A stretch of 32,000 bases of DNA from Aliarcobacter cibarius (lineage in GTDB: Bacteria; Campylobacterota; Campylobacteria; Campylobacterales; Arcobacteraceae): NCBI RefSeq assembly GCF_013372265.1, contig NZ_CP054051.1:972587-1004586 (forward strand). The letters are read 5' to 3'. Of this stretch, positions 7,906 through 16,646 are shown in pieces. Within the stretch, counting starts at the first letter, position 1. Each line of letters starts with the position of its first letter. The notes under the pieces were generated by a model that did no database searches, was not told where the DNA came from, and saw only the letters and a program-made list of their open reading frames with translations. The translations under genes were made by a program, and so were the position numbers.

Positions 7906-8637
7906 CTATTCTACTGTTTTTGAAATTAATTTCAAAATAGTTATTTCTGCTTTTGCTTTATATCTAAAATCAACACCCCAAGTTCCAATTCCTTTATTTA
8001 CATAAATTGCTGTATTTTTTCTGTAAAAAAGCCCTGATAAAAATGGTTGAACAAGTTTTACAAAATAGTGAAAAGGGTAAATTTGACCACCATGAGTATG
8101 TCCACATAAAAATAGATTAGAATTTGATTTTGTAGCTATCTTATAATCTTTAGGTTGATGAGATATAAAAATAGAAGGAGATTGTTTTAGATAATTTTCT
8201 ATTATTTCTTCTTCTCTTTGGATTTTAAAAAATTTTGAAAATCTATCAGGAAGTCCAGCAATATAAATATTTTCATTTTTATGATTAATTGTAAAAATTT
8301 TATTATCCATAAAAATAAAATTTTTAAGTTCATTTTTTAAATCTTCTAATCCATAAAACAGATCATGATTCCCACTTATATAAAAAACCTTATTTTTTAA
8401 TTGACTTAATATAGATAGTTGTTCTTTAATAAATTTTACTTTAGTATCAATTATATCACCAGTAATAACACAAAAATCAAATTCTAAATCATTACAAAAC
8501 TTAATTAATTTAGCAATTTTTTCAGTTGAAGTTTTTTTGTTTATATGTAAATCACTTAAATGAAGAATTTTTAAATCATTTAATTTTTTATTTTCAATAT
8601 CTATTTCTACTGTTTGAAAAATATTTTTAAAATTCAT
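7906..8637 (-). CDS. Calcineurin-like metallophosphoesterase
   Basis: Motifs are ILHLSDLHI (DxH), ITGDIID (GD), ISGNHD (GNHD/E) and CGHTHGGQ (GHxH). Confidence 0.85.
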   Translation of the reverse strand: MNFKNIFQTVEIDIENKKLNDLKILHLSDLHINKKTSTEKIAKLIKFCNDLEFDFCVITGDIIDTKVKFIKEQLSILSQLKNKVFYISGNHDLFYGLEDLKNELKNFIFMDNKIFTINHKNENIYIAGLPDRFSKFFKIQREEEIIENYLKQSPSIFISHQPKDYKIATKSNSNLFLCGHTHGGQIYPFHYFVKLVQPFLSGLFYRKNTAIYVNKGIGTWGVDFRYKAKAEITILKLISKTVE

Positions 8638-9089
8638 TTTAATAAATTACCTAATTCATTTGCAGATGATAGAAATTTTATATCTTTTACTATTCCATTT
8701 TCTAAAGAGTAAGTAGTTATTTTATCAGCTTGCTTTGCAAATTTTGTATTGTTTTCATCATAAATTAATAAAATGCCATATTTATAATCTCTTAATTTTG
8801 GAAGTATAAACATCTTTGTGATAATTGTTGGAGTTGATGAAATATTGTTTATAAAAATCGCACGATGTTCTTTTAAAAACAGTGAACTCTTTGATGATAA
8901 AAAGTCATTTACCATCATAAGAGTCTCTTTTTGGAAAGTTATAATTATTGTTTCAATATTATTAGTAATAGTATGAATTCCATCAAATTGATCTGTTAGA
9001 GAAAAATTATTTAATTTATCACCAACTTTCAAATTTCCCCCAAATATAAAGTTTGTAGTAATCATCAATAATATAAATATCTTTAACAT
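8634..9089 (-). CDS. Hypothetical exported protein (signal/anchor peptide; Cys-free, possibly YtfJ-like thioredoxin fold, weak)
   Basis: 151 aa with a hydrophobic N-terminus, MLKIFILLMITTNFIFG. There is no cysteine, so it is not a redox-active thioredoxin. The layout is loosely like YtfJ/HI0045. Operon context supports it as a coding region. Confidence 0.55.
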   Translation of the reverse strand: MLKIFILLMITTNFIFGGNLKVGDKLNNFSLTDQFDGIHTITNNIETIIITFQKETLMMVNDFLSSKSSLFLKEHRAIFINNISSTPTIITKMFILPKLRDYKYGILLIYDENNTKFAKQADKITTYSLENGIVKDIKFLSSANELGNLLK

Positions 9090-9092
9090 AAT

Positions 9093-9617
9093 CTATCTTT
9101 TCAGATATATTTTGTATGTAATATCTATTTGATTTCTAACTGTTAATAATAACATTGAAGGTGGTTCTAAATTAAAATCTGTAAGATTGAAAGAAAATTT
9201 CCCGTCAAGATATATTTGATTGTTTTTTTCACTTATATCACTTTTAACAGTAATCTTTTTTGAAATACCATTTAGTGTTATAACTCCATTTATATCGTAA
9301 TTTATTTCATTTTTTACAATACTTTTTATTTCAAAAGATGTTGATTCAAATTTATCTACATTTAAAAGCTTGTACATATGCTCATCTCTATCTTTTTTGT
9401 CACTTATAAGAGTAATCGTTTGAAAATAAATTTTACCTTTTATTGATTCTAAGCTATTTTCTATCGATAGTTCACCTTTTAAATTTCTAGTAATAGGATT
9501 AATCTGACTATCACCAAAAATCTCAGTATGAGCCATAAGTGCTCCACTTGATACTGATAAATTTTCTGCATATAAACCAATACACAAAGCCAATGTAAGA
9601 ATTAGTTTTTTAAACAT
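9093..9617 (-). CDS. YceI-family periplasmic (polyisoprenoid-binding) protein
   Basis: 174 aa with signal peptide MFKKLILTLALCIGLYA. YceI-like blocks are present: GELSIEN..., INGVITLNGISKKITV. AAGGAG RBS upstream. Confidence 0.7.
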   Translation of the reverse strand: MFKKLILTLALCIGLYAENLSVSSGALMAHTEIFGDSQINPITRNLKGELSIENSLESIKGKIYFQTITLISDKKDRDEHMYKLLNVDKFESTSFEIKSIVKNEINYDINGVITLNGISKKITVKSDISEKNNQIYLDGKFSFNLTDFNLEPPSMLLLTVRNQIDITYKIYLKR

Positions 9618-10578
9618 ATTTAATCTCCTTATTATTTAATGTATATTCTTTGTTGATTACTTTAAAGATTGCTAATAAAATTATAATTGGAACTATAAAT
9701 ATCATATTTGTTAATGCTACTAAAAGTCCAGTACCGGAAGCCATCCATCCAATAAATATCATAAATAATGAAATAGTTCTAAAATCTTTTTTTCTAATAG
9801 ATTGAAGAATCACAACATTGTAATAAGATATTACAAATGGATAAACTAGTGATAAAATAAACCCTTCTCTTAAAAAATATAGAAGATATGAAAGAGCAAA
9901 AAGTATTAATATAAATAATTCATTTTGATTTTTTTCCATTTTAAAATATAAAGCACAAACTAAACCAATAACATGAAATAAAGCTATTTCAAAAGTAAAA
10001 CCACCTCTCCAAATAGAAACTGCTAAGTCTCTTGAAAGTGATTCAAACAAAGAAGAGTCTAAAAATACCCATAAAACCATTATTAATAAAGAGTGATTTG
10101 GACTAATCAAACTTTTTTCTTCTTGATTATTTTGAGGTAAAAATAACGAACAAATTAAAGTAATTGATGTAAGTGTAACTGCAATAATTTCTCTTTGAGA
10201 TACTTCATAATTAAATAAAATAGTTCCTGTTACATAAGATAAACTTAGAGCAAAACCTAATTCTATTAAAGAAGTTTTTTTAACTTCATTTATTATCATT
10301 GGAGCCATACTACCAACAGTGAAGCCTAAGAGAAATAGTGTCAAAAAATTGTAATTTGGATACATAAAACTCAAAATAAGTTGAGCTATTAAAAATAGTG
10401 TTATTTTATTGTTTATTTTTATATATGAAATTAATAAAGAACCAATCACTCCACCAATAGGAAGAGGTGCTATTAAAGACAAGTTTGATGAAAAATATTC
10501 AACAACCCCAGTTTGAGCTATAAGTAGATAATAACACAACTCACTAGCTATAAAAAATATCAATATTAATCTTTGCAT
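9610..10578 (-). CDS. Hypothetical polytopic membrane protein (~10 TM)
   Basis: 322 aa, almost entirely hydrophobic helices. AAGGAG RBS 5 nt before the ATG. I recognise no family motif. Confidence 0.7.
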   Translation of the reverse strand: MQRLILIFFIASELCYYLLIAQTGVVEYFSSNLSLIAPLPIGGVIGSLLISYIKINNKITLFLIAQLILSFMYPNYNFLTLFLLGFTVGSMAPMIINEVKKTSLIELGFALSLSYVTGTILFNYEVSQREIIAVTLTSITLICSLFLPQNNQEEKSLISPNHSLLIMVLWVFLDSSLFESLSRDLAVSIWRGGFTFEIALFHVIGLVCALYFKMEKNQNELFILILFALSYLLYFLREGFILSLVYPFVISYYNVVILQSIRKKDFRTISLFMIFIGWMASGTGLLVALTNMIFIVPIIILLAIFKVINKEYTLNNKEIKYV

Positions 10579-12137
10579 AAGTACTCCTTTGATTGAAAAA
10601 AGATTAAATAAACGAAAACAAATGTTAGGTCGAAAAATGAAATTAAAAGAGCTTCAATTCCAAGTTTTCCTGAAGCATATAAGGCAAAAAACATAGAACT
10701 AGCAAATATTCTAATAACTACACTAATTTTTGTTAAAATATTCTCATAAGCTTCATTTTTTAGAGCAAAGTATTGAATAATTCCTGTCATACTAACGAAA
10801 GTAAAAACAACATATTCATAAATTCCACTAAAACCAAATCCCAAAATTGGATATAAAAAACTAGCAAGAAGTATTAATAAAATTCCACCTAATCCATCGC
10901 TTAAAACACCCATTAAATTATAAAAACCTAATTTTGAATAAGATGTTTTCAATTTAATAAATGCAAATATAAACCCAAATGCAACAAAACCAAATATTGT
11001 TCTAAATATCCATAAATTATAAGTAGATATTGAAGTAAATCCAGCTTGTGAAAAACCAGAAATAGAAAGAACAAAAAATATTCCTAAAATTCCAACTAAA
11101 TATATATTTATAAATTTTGCTACATGAAGTTCTTTTATATGGTTTATAAACATAGCTATAACCATAAAAAATACTCCAATTCCCATTGCAACATGAGCAT
11201 GAGCAACTATTAAATCATTTCTATGAAACAACCATCTAATTTCAGGAATAAATAAAATATTTCCTTCTATGTCAACAAATAAAAAAGCCAAGATTGAAAT
11301 TAAAAGAGTTCTTTTAGCAACATTTGTGATATTACTATCTTTGTACCATCTATATAAAAGAGGAATATATAAAAGAGTTAGATATTGAGCAAACCACTCT
11401 TGATTGTATGTTAAAGGTTCAAAAAATATTCTATAAAGAACAGTTAAGAAATAAAATATTGTTGGAATAATCCATAAAATATTCCATCTAGCTTTAAACT
11501 CTGTAATGTTTAAAAGCTTTATGATTAAATAATATATAGGAATTAAAGCTAAGCTCATACCTAAAGTGTTGTCTCCATGAGGACCACTTACTGTACTTTC
11601 AACTTGACCAATAGTTGGATTCATTAAAATTAAAAGAGCAATAGGAGCAATGATTACAATTTGTAAACATACTTTTATCCATAAAGGAAGTATCTTGTAA
11701 AGTTTTATAAATTTGTATAGAGCCAAAATATAAAATAATCCTGCAAATGCTAGTAAGAAATTTAGTTCATAAGCAAAATCATAAAATGCTAAACCTCTAT
11801 TTTTTCCTAAAAGTAGTGAAAATATCATGAAGATTAGAAAAATATACCAAATTTGAGTGTAGATATTTAGATATTTTAATCCCTCTTTAGAGATACCAAC
11901 CTCTTTATTTATAAGTAAAAAAGGAAGATATGAAAGCATTAAAGGAACAAATCCATAAAGCATCAAACTAATATGTACAGCTCTTAAATTTACAGGATTT
12001 AATGTTTGTGAATCAATAACAAACCCCAATAAATTAAGTGAATAGGCAATTCCAAAAAATAGTCCAATTGCAAAAAATGCAATAGATATTTTAAAATGTT
12101 TGTTTATAAAGTTTTCAAAATTAATTGATTTTTCCAT
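10566..12137 (-). CDS. Heme-copper oxidase subunit I-like membrane protein (divergent; lacks helix-VII HH)
   Basis: 523 aa, 12+ TM segments. [25 protein letters not shown] aligns with aa3-type helix IX-X [38 protein letters not shown] aligns with helix II [30 protein letters not shown] compares with helix VI GHPEVYILILP. There is no HH pair anywhere. GAGG RBS upstream. Confidence 0.65.
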   Translation of the reverse strand: [523 protein letters not shown]

Positions 12138-12744
12138 CTTTTACCTCATAAATTTTTGTAGCAAAATTTGCTAAATTTTTATCGTGAGTTGCCACTATTA
12201 TAGTAACTTGCTCTTGACTTAGTTTTTTAAATATTTCAAAAACATTTAAAGAATTTTTTGAATCTAAATTTCCTGTTGGTTCATCTGCAATTATTACCTT
12301 TGGTTTATTTATTAAAGCCCTAGCAATAGCAACTCTTTGTCTTTGCCCTCCTGAAATCTCATTTGGATATTTATTTGATAGATTGTCTATTCTTAAAATT
12401 TTTAATAAGTTGTAAATTTCATTGTCTGTAGCTTTTTCGTTAGCTATTTTTATATTTTCTTTAACAGTTAGATAGTTTATTAAATAGTGAAATTGAAAGA
12501 TGAAACCAATATTTGTTTTTCTAAAATCATCAATATCTTTTATATTCTTATAATTTAAATTTTCAAAAAACAGTTCACCTTTTGTTGGTTTTAATAGAGT
12601 TGAAACTATTGATAAAAGAGTAGATTTTCCGCTACCACTTTCTCCAACTAAACATACAAATTCACCTTTATTTATCTCTAAATTTATATTTTCAAGAGCT
12701 TTATCATTGTTATAATAGTGAGTTAAATTTTTAACTTTTATCAT
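12121..12744 (-). CDS. ABC transporter ATP-binding protein (MacB/LolD/FtsE-like)
   Basis: Walker A GESGSGKST, Q-loop, signature SGGQRQRVAIARAL, Walker B VIIADEPTGNLD, H-loop ATHD. Confidence 0.93.
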   Translation of the reverse strand: MIKVKNLTHYYNNDKALENINLEINKGEFVCLVGESGSGKSTLLSIVSTLLKPTKGELFFENLNYKNIKDIDDFRKTNIGFIFQFHYLINYLTVKENIKIANEKATDNEIYNLLKILRIDNLSNKYPNEISGGQRQRVAIARALINKPKVIIADEPTGNLDSKNSLNVFEIFKKLSQEQVTIIVATHDKNLANFATKIYEVKDGKIN

Positions 12745-13823
12745 ATTTTATTTCCTTGTATTAAAAGAACAGGATCTGTTTTTGCCGCATTTAATGCAGG
12801 AATTATTGAACCTATAATTGCCATTAGAATAGAGGCTAAGAATATATAAACAGTTAAATCTAAACTAATTTCTCCATTTACATAACCTTGTAAACTATCT
12901 ATATTTTTTATAAAAAATAAGACAATATTTGAAAGAATAAATGCACAAATGAAGCTAAATATTCCGATTAGAAAGCTTTCAATTATTATTGAATATACAA
13001 TTTTAGAAGTTTTTATACCCAAAGCTCTTTTGATTCCAAATTCACTTTTTCTTTGATTTACTGTGATGCTCATAAGGCTTACAATTCCAAGTAATCCAAG
13101 GAAAAAAGCTATAAATGAAATAACATTTGATGATGTTTTTATAATTTTAAATTGATTGTAGTTATCCACAAAATTTTGAGTAGATTTAACATCAATATCT
13201 TTTGATAAAGTTTTTATCTCTTTTATAATCTCTTCAACATCTGAATTTAAAGCTGTATTTACTAAAATCATTGAAGCTGATTTATTGAAAATTTCTCCAG
13301 CATCTGATATATTTAAAACAATTCCACCATTTTCAAATCCTATTTCACTTTCAAAAACACCAGAAATTTTAAAAGTTTTATTTGCAATTTGAACTTCATT
13401 TCTATTTGATAGTTGTTCAAAAATTGATTTCCCAACTATAACTTCATTATTTAAAGGATATTTTCCTTTTTCTAATTTATAATTTTTAAATCTATTTTGA
13501 GTTACTCCATAAATAGCTACAATAGGGAGTTTTTCTACAGGACTTGCTCCTACTGTCATAGCTCCTGCTTCATTTATATTTTTTAAATACTCTATTTCTT
13601 TAATTAAATTAATATCAACATTTGAAAAAAATGTATCAGAAATTTTTGCTTGAGTAATTATTATGTCACCATCACTTTTTAGCATTGATGAGTACATAGA
13701 GATTACTCCATTTGAAATAGAACTTATTAAAAATATTGAAACAATAGAGAATATAAGACTTATTATGATTAAAAATGTTTTTAACTTGTTTGCGATTAGA
13801 GCTTTGTAAGCGTGTGAAATCAA
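12741..13823 (-). CDS. ABC transporter permease, FtsX/MacB type (4 TM with large periplasmic domain)
   Basis: 360 aa. TM1 is followed by a ~200-aa extracytoplasmic domain and then three C-terminal TM segments (FtsX-like). Ends with ...TDPVLLIQ. TTG start preceded by AAAGGAAAA. 4-nt overlap with the ATPase gene. Confidence 0.85.
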   Translation of the reverse strand: MISHAYKALIANKLKTFLIIISLIFSIVSIFLISSISNGVISMYSSMLKSDGDIIITQAKISDTFFSNVDINLIKEIEYLKNINEAGAMTVGASPVEKLPIVAIYGVTQNRFKNYKLEKGKYPLNNEVIVGKSIFEQLSNRNEVQIANKTFKISGVFESEIGFENGGIVLNISDAGEIFNKSASMILVNTALNSDVEEIIKEIKTLSKDIDVKSTQNFVDNYNQFKIIKTSSNVISFIAFFLGLLGIVSLMSITVNQRKSEFGIKRALGIKTSKIVYSIIIESFLIGIFSFICAFILSNIVLFFIKNIDSLQGYVNGEISLDLTVYIFLASILMAIIGSIIPALNAAKTDPVLLIQGNKI

Positions 13824-13860
13824 AGATTTTCCTTTTTAATTTTGGTAAGTTTAATCTTTG

Positions 13861-13892
13861 AATATGAATTCTTAATGAACTAAATATGAATT
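13861..13892. promoter_or_regulatory. Direct repeat AATATGAATT x2, 22-bp phasing, in divergent promoter region
   Basis: Copies at 13861-13870 and 13883-13892, 38-70 bp upstream of the operon start codon (13823). This geometry suits an OmpR-type regulator, but no binding data exist. Confidence 0.3.
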
Positions 13893-13910
13893 TTTGTTCA
13901 TAAAAGAGTT

Positions 13911-13943
13911 AAATCTTAATGTTTGAATAACTATTAAGATTTC
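13911..13943. promoter_or_regulatory. 10-bp perfect inverted repeat AAATCTTAAT-N13-ATTAAGATTT (candidate operator)
   Basis: Read directly. It sits 60-90 bp upstream of the NOX-like gene start (14004) in the 180-bp divergent intergenic region. Confidence 0.3.
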
Positions 13944-14003
13944 ATTTAAGTGCAAATGTTATTATTTTAAATATAATAAATTTATAACTTTATTGGGAAT
14001 AAG

Positions 14004-15338
14004 ATGATGAAACGAATGAAATTCTCCTTTTTAATGATTTTGGTAGTGCCTACTATTTTATGGTTACTAGCAGATACTCTTTATCCAGAGCCTTTTACAT
14101 ATTTTGCATTTCGTAAAGTATTTATTCAATATAGTGGTGTCTTAGCAATAATACTTATGAGTATTGTAATGATTTTAGCTCTTCGTCCAAAATTTATTGA
14201 GCCATATTTTGATGGAATAGATAAAATATATAAACTTCATAAATGGTTGGGTATTTCAGCTTTCTTATTAGGAGTTCTTCACTGGTGGTTTGCTAAAGGT
14301 ACAAAATGGATGGTTGGTTGGGGTTGGTTAGAAAAACCAGTAAAAACACCATCTAATGAAGTATTAGGAACAATTGAAGCTTGGTTTAAAACTCAAAAAG
14401 GTCTTTCTGAGAGTGTTGGAGAATGGGCATTTTATATAATGGTTATTCTTATATTTATAGCTTTAATTAAAAAAATTCCATACCATTGGTTTGTTAAATC
14501 TCACAAGATTTTTGCTTTGGTTTATATAGCTTTGGTTTATCACACTATTATTCTTACAAAAATAGGTTATTGGTCTGAACCAATCGGGTTACTACTAATT
14601 GTAATGATGGTTTTTGGGACTATTGCTGCATTTATTTCTTTATTTAAAAAAATAGGAAATAGTAGAAAATCTCAAGCTAAAATAGTAGATTTAGTTGAAT
14701 ATCCAAAACTTAAAATACTAGAAACGACTTTACTTTTAGATGATACTTGGAAAGGACACAAAGCAGGGCAATTTGCTTTTGTAACATCGAATAAAAAAGA
14801 GGGACATCATCCATATACAATTGCTTCATCTTGGGATAAAAATGATAAAAAAATGACTTTCATTACAAAAGCACTAGGTGATCATACAAGTAGATTGAAA
14901 GATACTTTAAAAATAGGAATGAATGTAGAAGTTGAAGGACCTTATGGCTGTTTTGATTTTGGAGATGATAAAAAATTACATATTTATATAGGAGCTGGAA
15001 TAGGGGTAACACCATTTATTGCAAGAATGAATGATCTTGAAAAAAATCCAAATGATAAAACTATACATTTTTTCCATTCTACTTCTAAACCTGATGATGA
15101 ATTTCTAGAAAATTTAAAAGAGGATGTAAAAAATTCTAATGTTAATTTACATTTATTTGTAAGTAAAATTGATGAAAGATTAAGCTCTGAAAAAATTAAA
15201 GAGTTAGTACCAAATTGGCAAAATTCTAGTATTTGGTATTGTGGACCACTTAAATTTGGGCAAAGTTTAAGAGAAGATTTTGTCTCAAGTGGTTTAAATC
15301 CTGAAGATTTTCATCAAGAACTATTTGAGATGAGATAA
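14004..15338 (+). CDS. NOX/FRE-family flavocytochrome: ferric-reductase-like 6-TM heme domain fused to FAD/NAD(P)H-binding domain
   Basis: Two His pairs with 13/12-residue spacing sit in TM helices (LHKWLGISAFLLGVLHWW; SHKIFALVYIALVYH). Also present: FAD motif HPYTIASS (HPFT-type), GPYG, and nucleotide motif GAGIGVTPF. Confidence 0.85.
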   Translation: MMKRMKFSFLMILVVPTILWLLADTLYPEPFTYFAFRKVFIQYSGVLAIILMSIVMILALRPKFIEPYFDGIDKIYKLHKWLGISAFLLGVLHWWFAKGTKWMVGWGWLEKPVKTPSNEVLGTIEAWFKTQKGLSESVGEWAFYIMVILIFIALIKKIPYHWFVKSHKIFALVYIALVYHTIILTKIGYWSEPIGLLLIVMMVFGTIAAFISLFKKIGNSRKSQAKIVDLVEYPKLKILETTLLLDDTWKGHKAGQFAFVTSNKKEGHHPYTIASSWDKNDKKMTFITKALGDHTSRLKDTLKIGMNVEVEGPYGCFDFGDDKKLHIYIGAGIGVTPFIARMNDLEKNPNDKTIHFFHSTSKPDDEFLENLKEDVKNSNVNLHLFVSKIDERLSSEKIKELVPNWQNSSIWYCGPLKFGQSLREDFVSSGLNPEDFHQELFEMR

Positions 15339-15441
15339 TTTATAGAATAAATTTAAATTGTAAAGAAATTGTCAACAAATCTTACAGTGAAAATTTAAGT
15401 TGTTTTTTTAGACTTCCAAAAATAAAAAATGGAGTCACAAA

Positions 15442-15939
15442 ATGGGTTTAAATATTGATTTAAAAGTTATAAGAGTTGGTCTTTTAATAACTTTGTTTAC
15501 GTTAATTTTTGGTACAGGTTTAGGAATTGTATTTGGAGCAAAAGAGGAAGTATTTAAAAATTATATTTCTGAAAATATTCAAGCAAACCCTACTGTTCAT
15601 GACGACAAAAGTAAAGATAAAATTTGGAGATATGTTCAAAGAGCGCACTTCCATTCAAGTGGTATTGCTGCATATTCTTTAGCTTTGTTATTAATTATTT
15701 TAGTATCAAAAATGAAAGATAGTATGAAGTCTTTTAGTGCGACAATGATTGGTGTTGGTACTTTATACTCATTTGCATGGTATTTAATGTTCTATTTAGC
15801 TCCACTTATTGGAAGAGATGCTGCAAAAAATCACTTTTTAACAGAGTCTATTGTTTATATCAGTACGGCTGCTTTTGTAATAGGATTGTTTATGATAATT
15901 GCTAACGTATTTTTTAATATGTTTAGTAATGAAGATTAA
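15442..15939 (+). CDS. Hypothetical 4-TM membrane protein
   Basis: 165 aa. GGAG RBS 7 nt upstream. Contains RAHFHS at a TM boundary. No family recognised. Confidence 0.65.
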   Translation: MGLNIDLKVIRVGLLITLFTLIFGTGLGIVFGAKEEVFKNYISENIQANPTVHDDKSKDKIWRYVQRAHFHSSGIAAYSLALLLIILVSKMKDSMKSFSATMIGVGTLYSFAWYLMFYLAPLIGRDAAKNHFLTESIVYISTAAFVIGLFMIIANVFFNMFSNED

Positions 15940-15956
15940 AATCTTATAATTAAAAG

Positions 15957-15987
15957 TTAGTATATAGCTATTTGGGCTATATACTAA
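15957..15987 (+). terminator. Stem-loop terminator candidate
   Basis: TTAGTATATAGC-tatttgg-GCTATATACTAA is a perfect 12-bp stem, 18 nt after the stop codon, followed by an A/T-rich tract. Confidence 0.6.
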
Positions 15988-16089
15988 TTAAAATTTCTCA
16001 CAAAATAATCCTTCCCTATCACATCAATAAGTACAAAATCATATTTTAAATAGAGTAAAATTAGAAAATAATTTTTTAATAGGAAAAAT

Positions 16090-16536
16090 ATGAAATCAAT
16101 AATATTTGTTTGTCTTGGAAATATTTGTCGTTCTCCACTTGCAAAAGGAGTTGCTGAAAATTATATTAAAAATAATAACTTAAATCTTCTTGTTGATTCA
16201 GCTGGAACAAGTAAAGAACATCAAGGAGAAATTCCATGTGAGAACTCTATAAAAGTTGCTAGAGATAATAACATTGATATATCAAAATATAGAGCTAAAC
16301 AATTTTTAAAAAGTGATATAGATAAATTTGATTTAGTCGTTGCATTGGATAGTAATAACTACTATAATTTAAAAAATATGGGATGCAAAAACTTAGTAAA
16401 ATTGGGAGATTTTGGTTTTGGTGGGAAAGATGTTCCAGACCCATACTATTTTAATGGTTTTGATGGCTTTATAGAAGTTTTTAATATGGTAGAAAAAAGT
16501 GTAAAGAATCTACTTTTATCCCTAGAAAATAAATAA
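16090..16536 (+). CDS. Low-molecular-weight protein-tyrosine phosphatase
   Basis: P-loop VCLGNICRSP (CX5R-S) at residues 8-15 and the general-acid loop DVPDPYY near the C-terminus. Confidence 0.9.
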   Translation: MKSIIFVCLGNICRSPLAKGVAENYIKNNNLNLLVDSAGTSKEHQGEIPCENSIKVARDNNIDISKYRAKQFLKSDIDKFDLVVALDSNNYYNLKNMGCKNLVKLGDFGFGGKDVPDPYYFNGFDGFIEVFNMVEKSVKNLLLSLENK

Positions 16537-16563
16537 CTGTAATCTTACAAATAACAGTTTTTA
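16535..16563 (+). terminator. Weak stem-loop plus T-run
   Basis: AACTGT-N13-ACAGTT followed by TTTT, overlapping the stop codon of the phosphatase gene. The stem is short. Confidence 0.3.
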
Positions 16564-16646
16564 AATAACATTTTATAGTTACCAAAAAATATTTTTTTCT
16601 ACTACAATACTTTTATTGCAAATATAAAAATATAGGAGGGTAAATT

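Noticed and set aside
5861-13823. A BceRS-BceAB-type peptide-antibiotic sensing/detoxification module
   Set aside because: It is superficially similar (OmpR regulator, kinase, ABC transporter, PAP2 phosphatase). However, the permease is a 360-aa 4-TM MacB/FtsX type, not a ~650-aa 10-TM BceB. The kinase has a sizeable periplasmic domain rather than being intramembrane-sensing. The idea is kept only as a loose functional analogy.
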